A stretch of 64,000 bases of DNA from an uncultured Armatimonadetes bacterium (GTDB lineage: Bacteria > Armatimonadota > UBA5829 > DTJY01). Within the stretch, counting starts at the first letter, position 1, and each line of letters opens with the position of its first letter. Shown here piece by piece: positions 20,666 through 31,800 of the stretch. The translations under genes were made by a program, and so were the position numbers. The stretch spans positions 5,184,001-5,248,000 of the forward strand of contig OY970325.1 of assembly GCA_963717145.1 (NCBI GenBank). The letters are read 5' to 3'. The notes below the pieces were generated by a model, which had not been told where the DNA came from, searched no databases, and saw nothing but the letters and a program-made list of their open reading frames with translations.

Positions 20666-21745
20666 CTAGTCCACAATACCGTTGTCCTTCACGATGTGGC
20701 CGGCCTTCTTGTCATAGACGATCGGTTTGTCCGCGGAATGGCAGAGTATGTTGTCCTTGACGATCCACCTCAGGCACCCCGCGCCCAGGAACAGAGCGGA
20801 TTTGTGTTTGGTCTGCGCCGAGTTCCAACTGAAGACCTGGTTCTGGCAGAAGGTCGTGTCCATAGCGCCATATGCCTCGACGGCATTGTACTTCCCAACG
20901 CTGAACTCACCGTTCGTATGGATCGTGTTCCCGGTGATGATGTTCAGGCGGCTCGGATCACCGCCCTTGGGGTCGCCGATGAGGATCCCCATCTCACGGC
21001 TCATCTCGAATCGATTGTTCTCGATGCGGTTGAAATACGACCCGGGTCCGAGACGGAGCGCCACCACGTTACTCCAGTGGTAGTTCATCGAATAGGTGCC
21101 CGCTCCGCTGTGGTCGAGCCAAGCTCCACTGCGCGGGGTGCGACCGGGACCGGTTCCGAACTGGTTGCCTGTGACATAGAAATCGCCGCTCTGAAAGCTG
21201 TACAACTGGTCGCCGAGGTTGTTGGTAAGCCAGCAGTTGCTGAGCGTGTTCGACGATATCGCCTCTTTGTCGGTACCCTCCCAACGCACGCCGCTCTCCG
21301 CGAACATGTTGATGTGACAGAGATCGATAGTATTCAGCCCGCCCCTGCGGATGATGATTCCCGAACCCTTCTTGGCCGTCGCTTCCCCTTCGACTGTCAG
21401 GTTGTGTACCCGGCAATAGGAGCCGCCGTCGAAGAGGATCGCGTCCCCATCCCCGCGCCTGTGGATCACCGTGCTCCAGCCGCTCCCCTCGATGTTGACC
21501 TGGCTCTTGTCACGAAAGACGAGGGTTTCGGTGATCTCATACTTTCCCGGTGCGAGAGTGATCATCCCGCCCTCAGCGTGCATCTCCTTCACCGCCGCGA
21601 CCAACCCGGCGCTGTCGGAGACCTTCCACACTCGCGATTCCGCTGGGGGCTTCGGCGTTGTGTCGTTCGTGCTTTGCGCTGCCCACGTGCCGGGCGCGAT
21701 GATGCAGCACGCGACTGCGATCGGTAATACCCTAAGTAGCCTCAT
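20666..21745 (-). CDS. Secreted right-handed parallel beta-helix protein
   Basis: ITLAPGKY..IEGSG and repeated IxxNxI/VTGNQF Asn-ladder motifs; signal peptide. Confidence 0.8.
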   Translation of the reverse strand: MRLLRVLPIAVACCIIAPGTWAAQSTNDTTPKPPAESRVWKVSDSAGLVAAVKEMHAEGGMITLAPGKYEITETLVFRDKSQVNIEGSGWSTVIHRRGDGDAILFDGGSYCRVHNLTVEGEATAKKGSGIIIRRGGLNTIDLCHINMFAESGVRWEGTDKEAISSNTLSNCWLTNNLGDQLYSFQSGDFYVTGNQFGTGPGRTPRSGAWLDHSGAGTYSMNYHWSNVVALRLGPGSYFNRIENNRFEMSREMGILIGDPKGGDPSRLNIITGNTIHTNGEFSVGKYNAVEAYGAMDTTFCQNQVFSWNSAQTKHKSALFLGAGCLRWIVKDNILCHSADKPIVYDKKAGHIVKDNGIVD

Positions 21746-21757
21746 AGTTCGTCCTCC

Positions 21758-23002
21758 CTACTGCCTCTCGAGCACGCGGTCTATCCGGCGGGCGGCCTCG
21801 GAGAGCGCGTAGTCGGTCGGCTTGATCTTGTTCAGGATCGCCTCCACCGAGGCGTCGCAGAACGGGAGCACCTGGTTGATCGCAGTCGACTGCGGGAGGT
21901 AGACGACATACGGGACTCCCTTGGCGAACTGGTACTGTACCGACATCTGCTTGAACTCCGCCGTCGCCAGGATGCTCTTCCTGATCGGCACCTGTCCGCC
22001 CTTCGCCCACGCGAGCGAGTGATCGGAGAGATACTTCATGAACTCCCACGACGCCTTCCGCCGCTCGGAGGATATCTTCGCCGGCATCGCAAGGAGGTGC
22101 GAGCCGCCCCAAACCGCCTTGACCGGCCCGAACTGCGGGCACGGAGCGCCGGCGAAGTGGAGGCCCTCCTGCTTCTCGGCGTCGGAGAGCATGTAGATCC
22201 CCTCGATCGCCATCGCCACCTTGCCGGTCCGGAATCCGAGCCATGCGTCCTGACCCTCGGGCGCGGGGCATATCTTGTGCTTGTAGATCAGATCGGTCAT
22301 GACGCGGAATGCTTCCTTCGCATTCTCGCTCGTGAGGTCCGAATGCTTCACGTCCCGGGTCATCCAGCCCGAATCATACTGGGAGAGGAAGGTGTGCGCG
22401 TTCGTCCGCATCCATGTGAACGCGAACCCCCACTGCTCGGGCTTCCCGTCGCCGTTCGCGTCGATCGTCAGCTTCTTCCCGGCCTCGATGAACTCCGTCA
22501 GGTTCGTCGGCGGATGCCTGATCCCCGCCTTCTTGAATAACTCGGTGTTGTAGTACAAGCCGATCGGATGGCAGTCGAGCGGGAGCGCGTATTGATGGTC
22601 TTTCCATCGCGCGGATGCCCACGGACGCTCCATGAAGTCCTTCGGATCGAGGCCGCCGTCCGCCACCAGATCGTCAATGCGGCTGATCGCCTCGACGTTC
22701 GCGTACTCGGGCAGGCGGTCGGTGTGGAGGATGAAGACGTCCGGCGCGCCGCCGTACGCGAGTCCGAGCGTGACCTTGTCGTAATAGGTGTTCCAGGGGA
22801 TGATCTGCATGCGGACTTGGATGTCTTTGTGCTCGGCGTTGAACTGCTTGACGATCGCCTCCATCGTCTTGCCGTCCGGGCCGGTGAACCCGTTCCAGAA
22901 CTCGAGGGTGATCACGCCGGTGTTCGTCTGCTGGCGGTGAGTGCATCCGGTGATGAGGATGAGCAGGATCAGGGCGATCAGTTGTAGTTTGCGTGTGGGC
23001 AC
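21758..23002 (-). CDS. Carbohydrate ABC transporter substrate-binding lipoprotein
   Basis: Lipobox ITGC; FWNGFTGPDG, APDV, YALP, LYYNTELFKKAG. Confidence 0.95.
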   Translation of the reverse strand: MPTRKLQLIALILLILITGCTHRQQTNTGVITLEFWNGFTGPDGKTMEAIVKQFNAEHKDIQVRMQIIPWNTYYDKVTLGLAYGGAPDVFILHTDRLPEYANVEAISRIDDLVADGGLDPKDFMERPWASARWKDHQYALPLDCHPIGLYYNTELFKKAGIRHPPTNLTEFIEAGKKLTIDANGDGKPEQWGFAFTWMRTNAHTFLSQYDSGWMTRDVKHSDLTSENAKEAFRVMTDLIYKHKICPAPEGQDAWLGFRTGKVAMAIEGIYMLSDAEKQEGLHFAGAPCPQFGPVKAVWGGSHLLAMPAKISSERRKASWEFMKYLSDHSLAWAKGGQVPIRKSILATAEFKQMSVQYQFAKGVPYVVYLPQSTAINQVLPFCDASVEAILNKIKPTDYALSEAARRIDRVLERQ

Positions 23003-23010
23003 GGTAAGCT

Positions 23011-23040
23011 AAGGTATCGCAAACGAGACGGGAATGTCAA
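23011..23040 (-). promoter_or_regulatory. Possible promoter giving a near-leaderless transcript of the sugar operon
   Basis: TTGACA (23040-23035), 18 nt, TACCTT (23016-23011), 8 nt before GTG 23002; no SD visible. Confidence 0.4.
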
Positions 23041-23052
23041 TGCAAGCCCACT

Positions 23053-23119
23053 TCTGTCATTCTGAGCGCAGCGAAGAATCCGGCCGGGCCAGATTCTTCG
23101 CTGCGCTCAGAATGACAGA
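23053..23119. repeat. REP-like 28-bp perfect inverted repeat (GTCAT-tagged)
   Basis: tctgtcattctgagcgcagcgaagaatc / gattcttcgctgcgctcagaatgacaga with 11-nt loop, in a divergent intergenic region. Confidence 0.9.
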
Positions 23120-23206
23120 TGCTCACTTGTCCGTTGTTTGCGTGTCCTTATCACTGGGTAACAGAGTAGGCGATGGGCAACATACCATGACACAAGGAGG
23201 TGCTCC

Positions 23207-24274
23207 ATGAGGTTGGTACTTGTTCTACTGGCTCTGGCTCTCGTCACCGGCTTCCTGATCCTCTCACTCTGCGGGATCTCGATCGCCAACGGGATGTATG
23301 CGAACGGCCTGCTCCCGGCGGTCCCCGTTCCCGCCAACAACCCGATGACCGATGCCAAGGTCAGGCTCGGGGCGCAGTTGTACTTCGAAGGCAGGCTCTC
23401 GTCGGATGGGACGATCAGTTGCGCGAGCTGCCACGATCCCAAGAAGGCGTGGGCCGACGCCGGTCCCGTGTCTGAGGGTGTCGGTCACCAGAAGGGCGGG
23501 CGCAACTCGCCTTCGATCATCGACTCCGCCTACATCGTGCCCCAGTTTTGGGATGGGCGCGCTCTGCACCTCGAAAAGCAGGCGGTCGGCCCGGTCCAGA
23601 ACCCGATCGAGATGGACCTGACCGAGGCGCAGCTCAACTTTCGCCTGAACCACATCCCCGGCTACGTCACTCAGTTCCAGGAGGTCTTCGGCGCTGAGCC
23701 GAACATCGACCTGATGGCGAAGGCGATCGCGGCGTTCGAGCGGACGGTCGTCACGGGCGACTCGCCATACGATATGTACCTGAGGGGCGACCGAACGGCG
23801 CTGAGCGAGTCGGCGATGCATGGCATGGAGATCTTCAGCGGGAAGGGACACTGCAACGTCTGTCACAGCGGCCCGGCGTTCAGCGATTCCCAGTTCCACA
23901 ATCTGGGCGTCGGTTATTCGAAGGGCAAGCACGCGGACGTCGGCCGGTACAATGTGACGAAGGATCCGAAAGACATGGGCGCGTTCCTGACCCAACGGCT
24001 GAGGAACATCGCACAGACTCCGCCTTACATGCACGACGGCTCCGAGCCGACTCTGGAGAGTGTCGTGGAGTTGTACAACCGGGGCGGGGTTCGCAACCCG
24101 AATCTCGACCATGTGATGTTCCCGCTCAATCTTACGAAGATGGAGAAGATGGACCTGGTCGCATTCCTGGAAGCGTTGACCGGTCCGTACCCCATGACCG
24201 AGCCGCCCATGCTGCCGAATCCGGAGATCACCGCGGAACAACTGAGCAGCATGATGAAGGAGGAAGCCAAATGA
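23207..24274 (+). CDS. Di-heme cytochrome c peroxidase/MauG-family protein
   Basis: CASCH, CNVCH, RNSPS, QFWDGRA, NPIEM, PYMHDGS; N-terminal signal; SD AAGGAGG. Confidence 0.93.
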   Translation: MRLVLVLLALALVTGFLILSLCGISIANGMYANGLLPAVPVPANNPMTDAKVRLGAQLYFEGRLSSDGTISCASCHDPKKAWADAGPVSEGVGHQKGGRNSPSIIDSAYIVPQFWDGRALHLEKQAVGPVQNPIEMDLTEAQLNFRLNHIPGYVTQFQEVFGAEPNIDLMAKAIAAFERTVVTGDSPYDMYLRGDRTALSESAMHGMEIFSGKGHCNVCHSGPAFSDSQFHNLGVGYSKGKHADVGRYNVTKDPKDMGAFLTQRLRNIAQTPPYMHDGSEPTLESVVELYNRGGVRNPNLDHVMFPLNLTKMEKMDLVAFLEALTGPYPMTEPPMLPNPEITAEQLSSMMKEEAK

Positions 24275-25506
24275 GCAGACTGCGCTGGCTAACGCTTCTT
24301 ACGATTTCCATGGGACTCACCATTCTCTGCCAGAGTCCGTCTCAGGCCATACCCGCTTTCGCGCGGAAGTATGGCTTCATGTGCGGCATGTGCCACGTGG
24401 CATGGCCGCGTCTGAACGACTTCGGGCAGAAGTACCGCATGAATGGCTACAGGATACCCGGCCAGGAGAACACCGAGAAGACCGTCCTCGACATGGCCGG
24501 CATACCCCTCTCTCTGCGGACTCAGGCCGGCTACACCAGCGATAAGTTCTCGCCCAACGGAGCGGAGGGTGAGACCAGTCAGTTCCAGCTCAACGGGCTC
24601 GACGTGCTCGGCGGCGGACTCCTCGGCGAGAATGCAGGCTTCTTCCTCGCGTATCTGCCTCAGATCAACGGGAGCAACGGCGTAGAGCCCCAGGACGCGA
24701 CACTCGAGCAGGCGAACGTGATCTTCAGCGGTTTGAGATCGACGTGGTTGAACGCGAGGATCGGCAAGTTCGAGGGGCAGTACGTGGCATTCTCCGCCCT
24801 GCGCTCGATGACGATCTCGCCCTATGAGATCTATGAGTTCGACGGCTCTCCAGGCGTCTCGGCGGCGGGAACGCGGGGGTCGCTGAACTCGTTCTCGCTG
24901 GCCGGTACGGCTACCGGAGTGGAAGTGACCGGCTGGGGTCGGAGTCCTCTGCAGTACGCGCTCGGCGTCGTCAACGGCTCGGACAGCAACACGTCGGAGG
25001 ACGGGCCTTCGGACGTCTATCTGCGAGGGGCGTATGTCATCGGCGATGGATTCGGTCAGACCGCCGGGACGAGGATCGGCGCGCTGGCATACTTCGGGCA
25101 GGCCAGGCCGACAACCGGCGGCGGGCGGGAGTCATTCCACCGTTACGGGCTCGATGCGACCCTGAACTTCAGCGAGTACAACGTCGACTTCCAATACATA
25201 ACAGGCCGGGACGACGGCGCGTTCAACGATGCCGCTCCGGGGGATGAGTACAAGTTCTCCGGCGGGTTCCTGCAGTTCAACCACTTCGCGATGGAGTCCG
25301 CGCAGTTCGCGCGCCTCGACTGGGTGAACACGCCGTCCGCCGACAACCACGACATCCGTCGGTTCACGATCGGCTGGCGTCAACATCTGGCGCATCCGCT
25401 GATGCTCCAGGTCGAGTATTCCCATCGGAACGTGGACAACGGCGCTGCTCCCGGCCGTGATCTGACCGAGAACTTCGTCGCCGCCCGTGTGGACTGGGCG
25501 TTCTGA
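24271..25506 (+). CDS. Cyc2-like monoheme cytochrome-porin fusion
   Basis: Signal peptide, then IPAFARKYGFMCGMCHVAWPRLNDFGQKYRMNGY, amphipathic beta-strands and terminal aromatic (VDWAF); ATGA overlap with the upstream gene. Confidence 0.75.
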   Translation: MSRLRWLTLLTISMGLTILCQSPSQAIPAFARKYGFMCGMCHVAWPRLNDFGQKYRMNGYRIPGQENTEKTVLDMAGIPLSLRTQAGYTSDKFSPNGAEGETSQFQLNGLDVLGGGLLGENAGFFLAYLPQINGSNGVEPQDATLEQANVIFSGLRSTWLNARIGKFEGQYVAFSALRSMTISPYEIYEFDGSPGVSAAGTRGSLNSFSLAGTATGVEVTGWGRSPLQYALGVVNGSDSNTSEDGPSDVYLRGAYVIGDGFGQTAGTRIGALAYFGQARPTTGGGRESFHRYGLDATLNFSEYNVDFQYITGRDDGAFNDAAPGDEYKFSGGFLQFNHFAMESAQFARLDWVNTPSADNHDIRRFTIGWRQHLAHPLMLQVEYSHRNVDNGAAPGRDLTENFVAARVDWAF

Positions 25507-25534
25507 TCGTTTCTGAGCAGGAGGGATCATCGGC

Positions 25535-28049
25535 TCAACTTCCGACGATCTCGCCGATGTCCTCCTGCTTTCTGACCCTGAGAAGCCGGATGACATGGCC
25601 GTCGGAGTCCTTCTCACAGGAACTGATGCCCGTGACCTTGACGAACCCCGTGGACGGGAAGGTGTATCCCGCCGCCAGGACCTTCAATCCCCGATGGCCC
25701 GATCCGTCGTCGAGCGCCGAGCCGTCATCGACGTAGAAGAACCCGTCGCCCGCGAACGTCACGCTCCCGAACGTCGTCACCAGCAGCCCGATGTTGTTCG
25801 TTCCCACGCCGTCCATGATCCCCGGCGTGTAGAGGTTGAGGCTCGCGCCGCCGAGTACGCCGTTCCGCAGGAGAAGCGATTCCAGGGGTAGGGGAGTCCC
25901 GGTCTCCCCCATGATTGCCTCATCGAGAGTTCTCTCGCCGTCGACGGTCAGCAGCTTGCCGGTCACCGTCATCCTCGACCCGAGAACCGAAGTCGTGGCG
26001 GCATTGACCCTGATCGCCGAACTCCGGTCGAACTCCTGCACCCACGACACCGAGCCGATCTTCGCTGAGAGGATCTTGTCCGTGATACGAACCACGCGCC
26101 CGTCGGCATATCCTTTGGCCGCTGAGACCGTGAGCGGCGTCTCGATGATGGTGATCGTCGGGGATACCGCGAGGCTCGCGTTCAACGAAGTGTCCCTGGC
26201 ATAGATCGGGAAGGCGCAGGTCTCGGGGACAGGCACGTTGTTCCAGGTCGCAACCCCTCCGGAATATGTGCTGGGAGTGAGCGCAGGGCGAACCTCCGCC
26301 AGATCGAAGTTCCCGCCGCCTCCGAGTCCGCTGCAACTCCAACTCAGCTTCAGCGCTATCGTCAACTGCGAAGTCGTGGGCGTGACGATGGCATAGAGCC
26401 TCTTCCACCCGCTGGTGTTGCTCGTCGTGGAGGCAATCGTCGTGCACTGCCCATCGCCGGTCGCCGTCCCGTTCTTCCACTGGAGGAACGCACTGCAGGC
26501 GTTCGGGCTCCCCTGTGTATTGACCCACACCGACAGGAAGTACTTGGTCAGAGCGTTCACGCTCACGACCTGACGAAGCTCGGGGGTCTTGATGCCGCTG
26601 TCGTAGCCGCATGATGTGCCGACCCAGTGCGCGCCGTCTTTGGCCGTGACCGGATTGGGATACGTGCCATCCTGAGCGTATGGCGGACTGCTCGCGTTGA
26701 TCCAACCGCTGAGGCCCGACTCGAAGCTGGGATTCGCGAGCAGATTGGCCGTCTTCACCAGTGCGATGGCGTTCATCGCGATCGCCACGTTGTCGGTCAC
26801 GTTGGCGGTCATGGTGACGGTCCCGCCGGGGAGTACCCACGTCGGCGTCGGGACGATATTGGCGATCGTAGGGGGAGTCGTGTCCTGAATGGCCAGGGTG
26901 AAGTTCGCGCTGGTCGTGTTCCCCTCGGTCACGCTGACCGGAGAACTCGACGGCGCATAACCGGTCTTCGATGCCGTCACGGTATACGACCCGACGTTCA
27001 CGCCCGGCAGCGAGTAGTTGCCGCTCGGGTCGGTATTCGTCGTGTATCCGCCGATGTTGGTGGAGACGGTCGCCCCATCGATCGCCGCGCCGCCGGTCAC
27101 CTTGACCCAGCCGCTGATCGTGCCGGTCGGGGTCGCCCATGTGGACTTCATGTAGTCGGAGACCGTGGCGCTGTTGATCGTCTCGAAGTTCGCCCAGTAT
27201 GGAGAGCCCTGCGCGAAGACGAACACCGCGACGACATTGGGACTGCATCCGGCCCGATAAGCCGCCATCTGGGTGACGTATGCCGACGCCGTCAGCTTGC
27301 CGTTCTCGAGCCAGCCGGAACGACAGAGCGGGTCGTCGCATTCCACGGACGGGTTGCACACGTGATCCGATCCGAACTCGCCGATCGAACCACGGCTTGC
27401 TGCCGAGGAGCGCCGGATGCTGGCCGATCGCGATGTCCCGGTGACGGAATGTGAGCCATGGTGACATGCAGTTCACGTCGAAGTCGAAGTACTCGTGGGT
27501 CTCGATCGCGTCCGCGCTCGCGGCGGCATCGGCGACCTCCGGCTCATCCCACACCGCCGAGTCCGGCCAGCCGACGCCGTATGATCCGTACACGACCATG
27601 CCGGTGAATCCGAGCGCATGAAGCCTGTCGTGGTAGGATCGGAACTGCGCGGAGGTGTGGCGATTGGCGACGCTTCCGTACCAGGGGAACTCGTTGCGGT
27701 AACCGATCGCGGCGGGCTTCACCGCGAGCCCCGATATCTTCGCCCACACGGCATCGGCGTATTGAGTGCCGGTCACGTTGGTGGGAAGGTCGCCGTCATC
27801 CGTGCCGATGGAGGTATCGTAGGGGCGGTAGAAGACCTGAGCGCCGCACGCCTGGGCGGTAGGGATATCGCCTGAGAAGAGGACCTTGATCCACGGCGCG
27901 CCGTTCGCCCACGCCTGAACTCCGCCGCCCCATCCGAGAACGTGCGGGCACAACGGCGGCGCTGCCTGCGAGGGAATCGCCGCAAGGAGAACCAACAGGA
28001 GGATTGCCGGCCGGATATACGTCATCGTTGCGAACCGGGGCTTTGTCAT
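25535..28049 (-). CDS. Secreted multidomain protein (putative clan GH-A-like domain, carboxypeptidase-regulatory-like, CBM-like, C-terminal lineage module); frameshift ~27387
   Basis: Removing one base joins KPWF to IGEFGSDHVCNPS; RNE, THEY and GEFG motifs; NLLANPSFESG; start 28049 or 28025. Confidence 0.75.
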
Positions 28050-28107
28050 ACTTGTAAACCGTGGAAACGCACACTGAGGCAGGGAAGCGCTGTTCTTATC
28101 CTCTATA

Positions 28108-28136
28108 AGAATAGCAGAAAATGCCCGTCGCGTCAA
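28108..28136 (-). promoter_or_regulatory. Sigma70-type promoter
   Basis: TTGACG (28136-28131), 17 nt, TATTCT (28113-28108), with TG extended -10. Confidence 0.6.
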
Positions 28137-28193
28137 GTCCGAGTGAGCCTGTGAGGGTGGCGAGAACGAACCGTCAGGACTGACGTTGTGGGA

Positions 28194-28227
28194 TCCCCAG
28201 CCCTCCCCGCAACGGGAGGGCTGGGGA
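28194..28227. repeat. Collapsed copy of the CCCTCCCC hairpin element at 39524-39617
   Basis: tccccagccctccccgcaacgg-gagggctgggga matches parts of both arms of the intragenic element. Confidence 0.75.
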
Positions 28228-28418
28228 GTGTTTCCCCAAAGAAAAGAGCGGAGCACCCATGCGCCCCGCCCCATTCTGACTTCTGACTGGAGTCGCCACC
28301 CCCGGATTGGGATTGGAGACAGGAGCTAAGCACAATCGGGATCGAGAGCCCATGAGCGGTAGTGGGGTGAATGTCGGCAAGGTGCAAAGATAACCGGTGA
28401 ATACACAGGGACAGCTGT

Positions 28419-28490
28419 CGATGCTGGTGACCGCCAACTACTTCGCCGACCCGACGAACCGCTGGCAGGAGCTGTTCTTCCCGCACATCA
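28419..28490 (+). repeat. 72-bp exact duplicate of an internal segment of the DUF6785 gene (36089-36160)
   Basis: cgatgctggtgaccgccaactac...ttcttcccgcacatca is identical at both sites. Confidence 0.95.
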
Positions 28491-28843
28491 GGGGGATTTG
28501 GGAGTCGTCCTGAATGTGAGCTACATCGGAATGGGCCCATCCGTATTGCGCCAAAGTTGCTGACAAGAACATTTTCGCGCTGTGCAGGAACTATCTGGAC
28601 TCAGATGGAAAGAACAGATGGCCTCTTGACAGCATTGCTCTTCTGCAGCCAAGCTCGGGAGGGCTATCAGCCGGATTCTCCGGTTTCATCGTGGCTTTGG
28701 CTGGATAGGGCTGCCGGCGCTTTCGGACTACATAGGGAGTGGCTGGGACGCGGCACGGATAGTGACCACTCTTATCGCCAGTGCTGCCAATCGGTCTGCC
28801 GCAGGAGTATTGCCTGCCAACTCAGAGTCAAGGAGGAAGTATC

Positions 28844-31800
28844 TTGCTTTACCGGACGTTCATACTCATCTGCATCGCTCTACTGCTCGTCTGTGGGATG
28901 ACCTCCGCAGCTAACAACGGTAGTAGCGCCGAAGAACCTCTGTTGCCTGACGGCTGTGTCAAGTATGTAGAGATGGATGCCGTCATCAAGAATGGCAAGA
29001 TCAAGAAGTCGCACGTGAAAAGCTCCAGGGATGGCGGAATTGGCTTGCAGGCAATGCTGAACTGGACACACGTCTGCCCATCTACGGGCGACCCGAAGGG
29101 CATCGCCCTTTGCGTGGACTTCAGCAACAGGCCTGGGACGCAGACGATACAACATTTCAACGACCTGTTCTTCGGCACCGCGCCCGGCGGAAGCCTTACC
29201 GAGTTCTTCCTCGAAGCATCCTACGGCCTGATGGACCTCGACGGTGCAGCGCAGGGCTGGTATCGCATGCCGGAGACCTTCTCCGTATATGAGTCGAGAC
29301 CGGACAGTCTTGCATCCATGATCGTCGATGCGGTAGCTGCGGCCGACGCGGCCGGCACTGACTTCAGCCAGTTCGACAGCGACAGTGACGGATACGTCGA
29401 CGCGCTCATCATACCTATCAGTGTGAGCGCGGGATGGCGTGGTTTTGCCAATCACCTCGATCCGGGAATCCTGGTAGACGGCGTCAGAATCGGCAACGTC
29501 CAGTTTCTGCCAGAGGATAAACCTGCCGTCACATTTGCCCATGAGTTGGGTCACCAGATGGGCTTGCCGGATCTCTATGCGGCTAATCCATATCCCGGCA
29601 ACTGCGCCTATATCGGTGTCTGGTCTCTGATGAGTACGGTGTCCCTTCACGGTCATTTCTCACACCCGGACGCCTGGTGCAAGGTGCAACTGGGATGGAT
29701 ATCGCCGAGCATACCCAGCACGAATCTGACCGCTGTGACCGTACCACCCGTGGAGACCGATCCCGTCGCATACAAGCTATGGAACAACGGAAACACCTCG
29801 GGCGAGTACTTCCTGGTGGAAAACCGCCAGAAGGTTGGTTTCGACACCCAGCTTCCCGGCAGTGGCCTGCTGATCTACCATGTGCTGTCAGACACGGTCA
29901 ACGTGCATCAGTTCATGCATGTGGAGGAAGCCGACGGCAGGTTTGACCTTACGAAATACTACTCTCCGGATGGGGATGGCAGTGACCCATGGCCCGGCAG
30001 TCTGGGGAAGACCAGCTTCGACCCCGTATCAGATCCGAACAGCCTGGCTTGGGGACAATATCATTCCTCTCTAGTCCACTTGAGCGCGATACATACCTCA
30101 GGATCGAACGTGATCGCGGACATATCGGTTACGCTCGATGCCGGCACAGTCCGACCCTACGGAATGGACGTTACTCCTGAAGGGAACGCGCAGCCCGGTA
30201 CATCGGCGCCCATGGAGGACCTGTGTCTACAGACGACCGGGTCGGTGACAATCACAGGTATGGCCATCGAGCGGACGGGGACGGCGACCGATGCCGACGT
30301 TCCATCCGTGGATGTATACGATGACGCGGACCGCGACCGAATCCTGGATGAGGGAGAGACCCTTATCGCATCGTCCAACTTCGCGAACGGGGTTGCATCC
30401 ATAACAGGCCTGTCATACAGCATAACTGGCGGTGGCTGCAGGCATATGCTCGCGGTCTACAACATATCCGCGACGGCGGTGGTCGGCCGCACTCTCGGGC
30501 TGCGGATCGCATCCGGCTCCAGCATCACTGTTGGAGGTACGGAGACAGTGGACGACTTGCTGATGCCGATCCAGTCGCGGAACTTGATTGTGTCGTGGGC
30601 GTTCACGGAGGTAGGATGGCCGATCGAGCACTTGATGAATATGCACGGCATCTCGCCCATAATCGCGGACGTGAACGCCAACGGGTTTGACGATGAGATC
30701 GCCTACACGTGGATCGACCCGCCGAGTATCGTTTCGCCGTGGGCAGACTGGAGGATACGCGTCAAGAGCGGCGTAGACGGCTCCTCCACTATACTTGATC
30801 TGTATCTGAGCGACATCGAGATCACGCATCCCTTGGTAGCAGGGGATGTCGACGGCAACGGTCGTGCGGAGATTATCGCGGTCGATGTAGGGGGCAAGCT
30901 GTATATCTGGAACGGCCGGGGTCAAATGATGCCGGGCTGGCCGCAGTCGGTCTTCGCTCGGGACCTGGCCCTCGCGGACCTGGATGGGGATGGCGCCAAC
31001 GAGATTGTGGCCGGGGCCAATGAGATAGATGAGATGTATGGGACACCCATTGCCGACTCCGGCCGGGTATCCGTATACAGAGGCAACGGAAAGTTGCTCT
31101 GGCGCCGGCATACGGGGGGCACAATGCTCGCGCCCGTTGTAGGCGATATAGATGCCGACGGTGATCCGGAGGTAGTCGCCGTCAGCCAGGAGGGCAAGGT
31201 ATTTGCCTGGAATCACGACGGATCCGCCGTGGACTCCAGAGTATGGCCTATGCAACTGGGATCGCCCGCTTGCGCTCCCATTCTTGCTGATCTCGATGGC
31301 GACGGTTCTCCGGAGATCATCATGGCTGCAGGCGGCGAGGTCCATGCACTCCGGGCCGACGGCTGGTCACCGGCGGGCACTTCATGGCCCGCCACGGTGT
31401 CTGGGTCCGGGATCTCCGGTCTCGCCGCAGGTGAAGTCAGTGAAGAAGCTATGCAGATAGCAGCCACGGCGTCCGATGGTACCGTGTACTTGTTCGGTGC
31501 AGATGGCACTCTTGCCGACGGCGATTGGCCCAATACTTTGGGCGGCGGTGTACAGGGCAGCCCGATCATTGTGGACATCGATCAGGACGGGCTCGGTGAG
31601 ATACTGGTAGCGGCTGGGGACAAGATGCTCTATGGTCTGGACGGCGATGGGAGCGTCAGCCCTGGTTGGCAGTTTCCGCTAAGTAGTGATCCGGGCAGCT
31701 CCACCCCATCGGCGGGAGATGTGGATGGCGACGGACAGATCGAGGTGCTGTTGTCGGATAACGGGCGCACGACGTATCGCTGGGAAATCCGCAGACCCTA

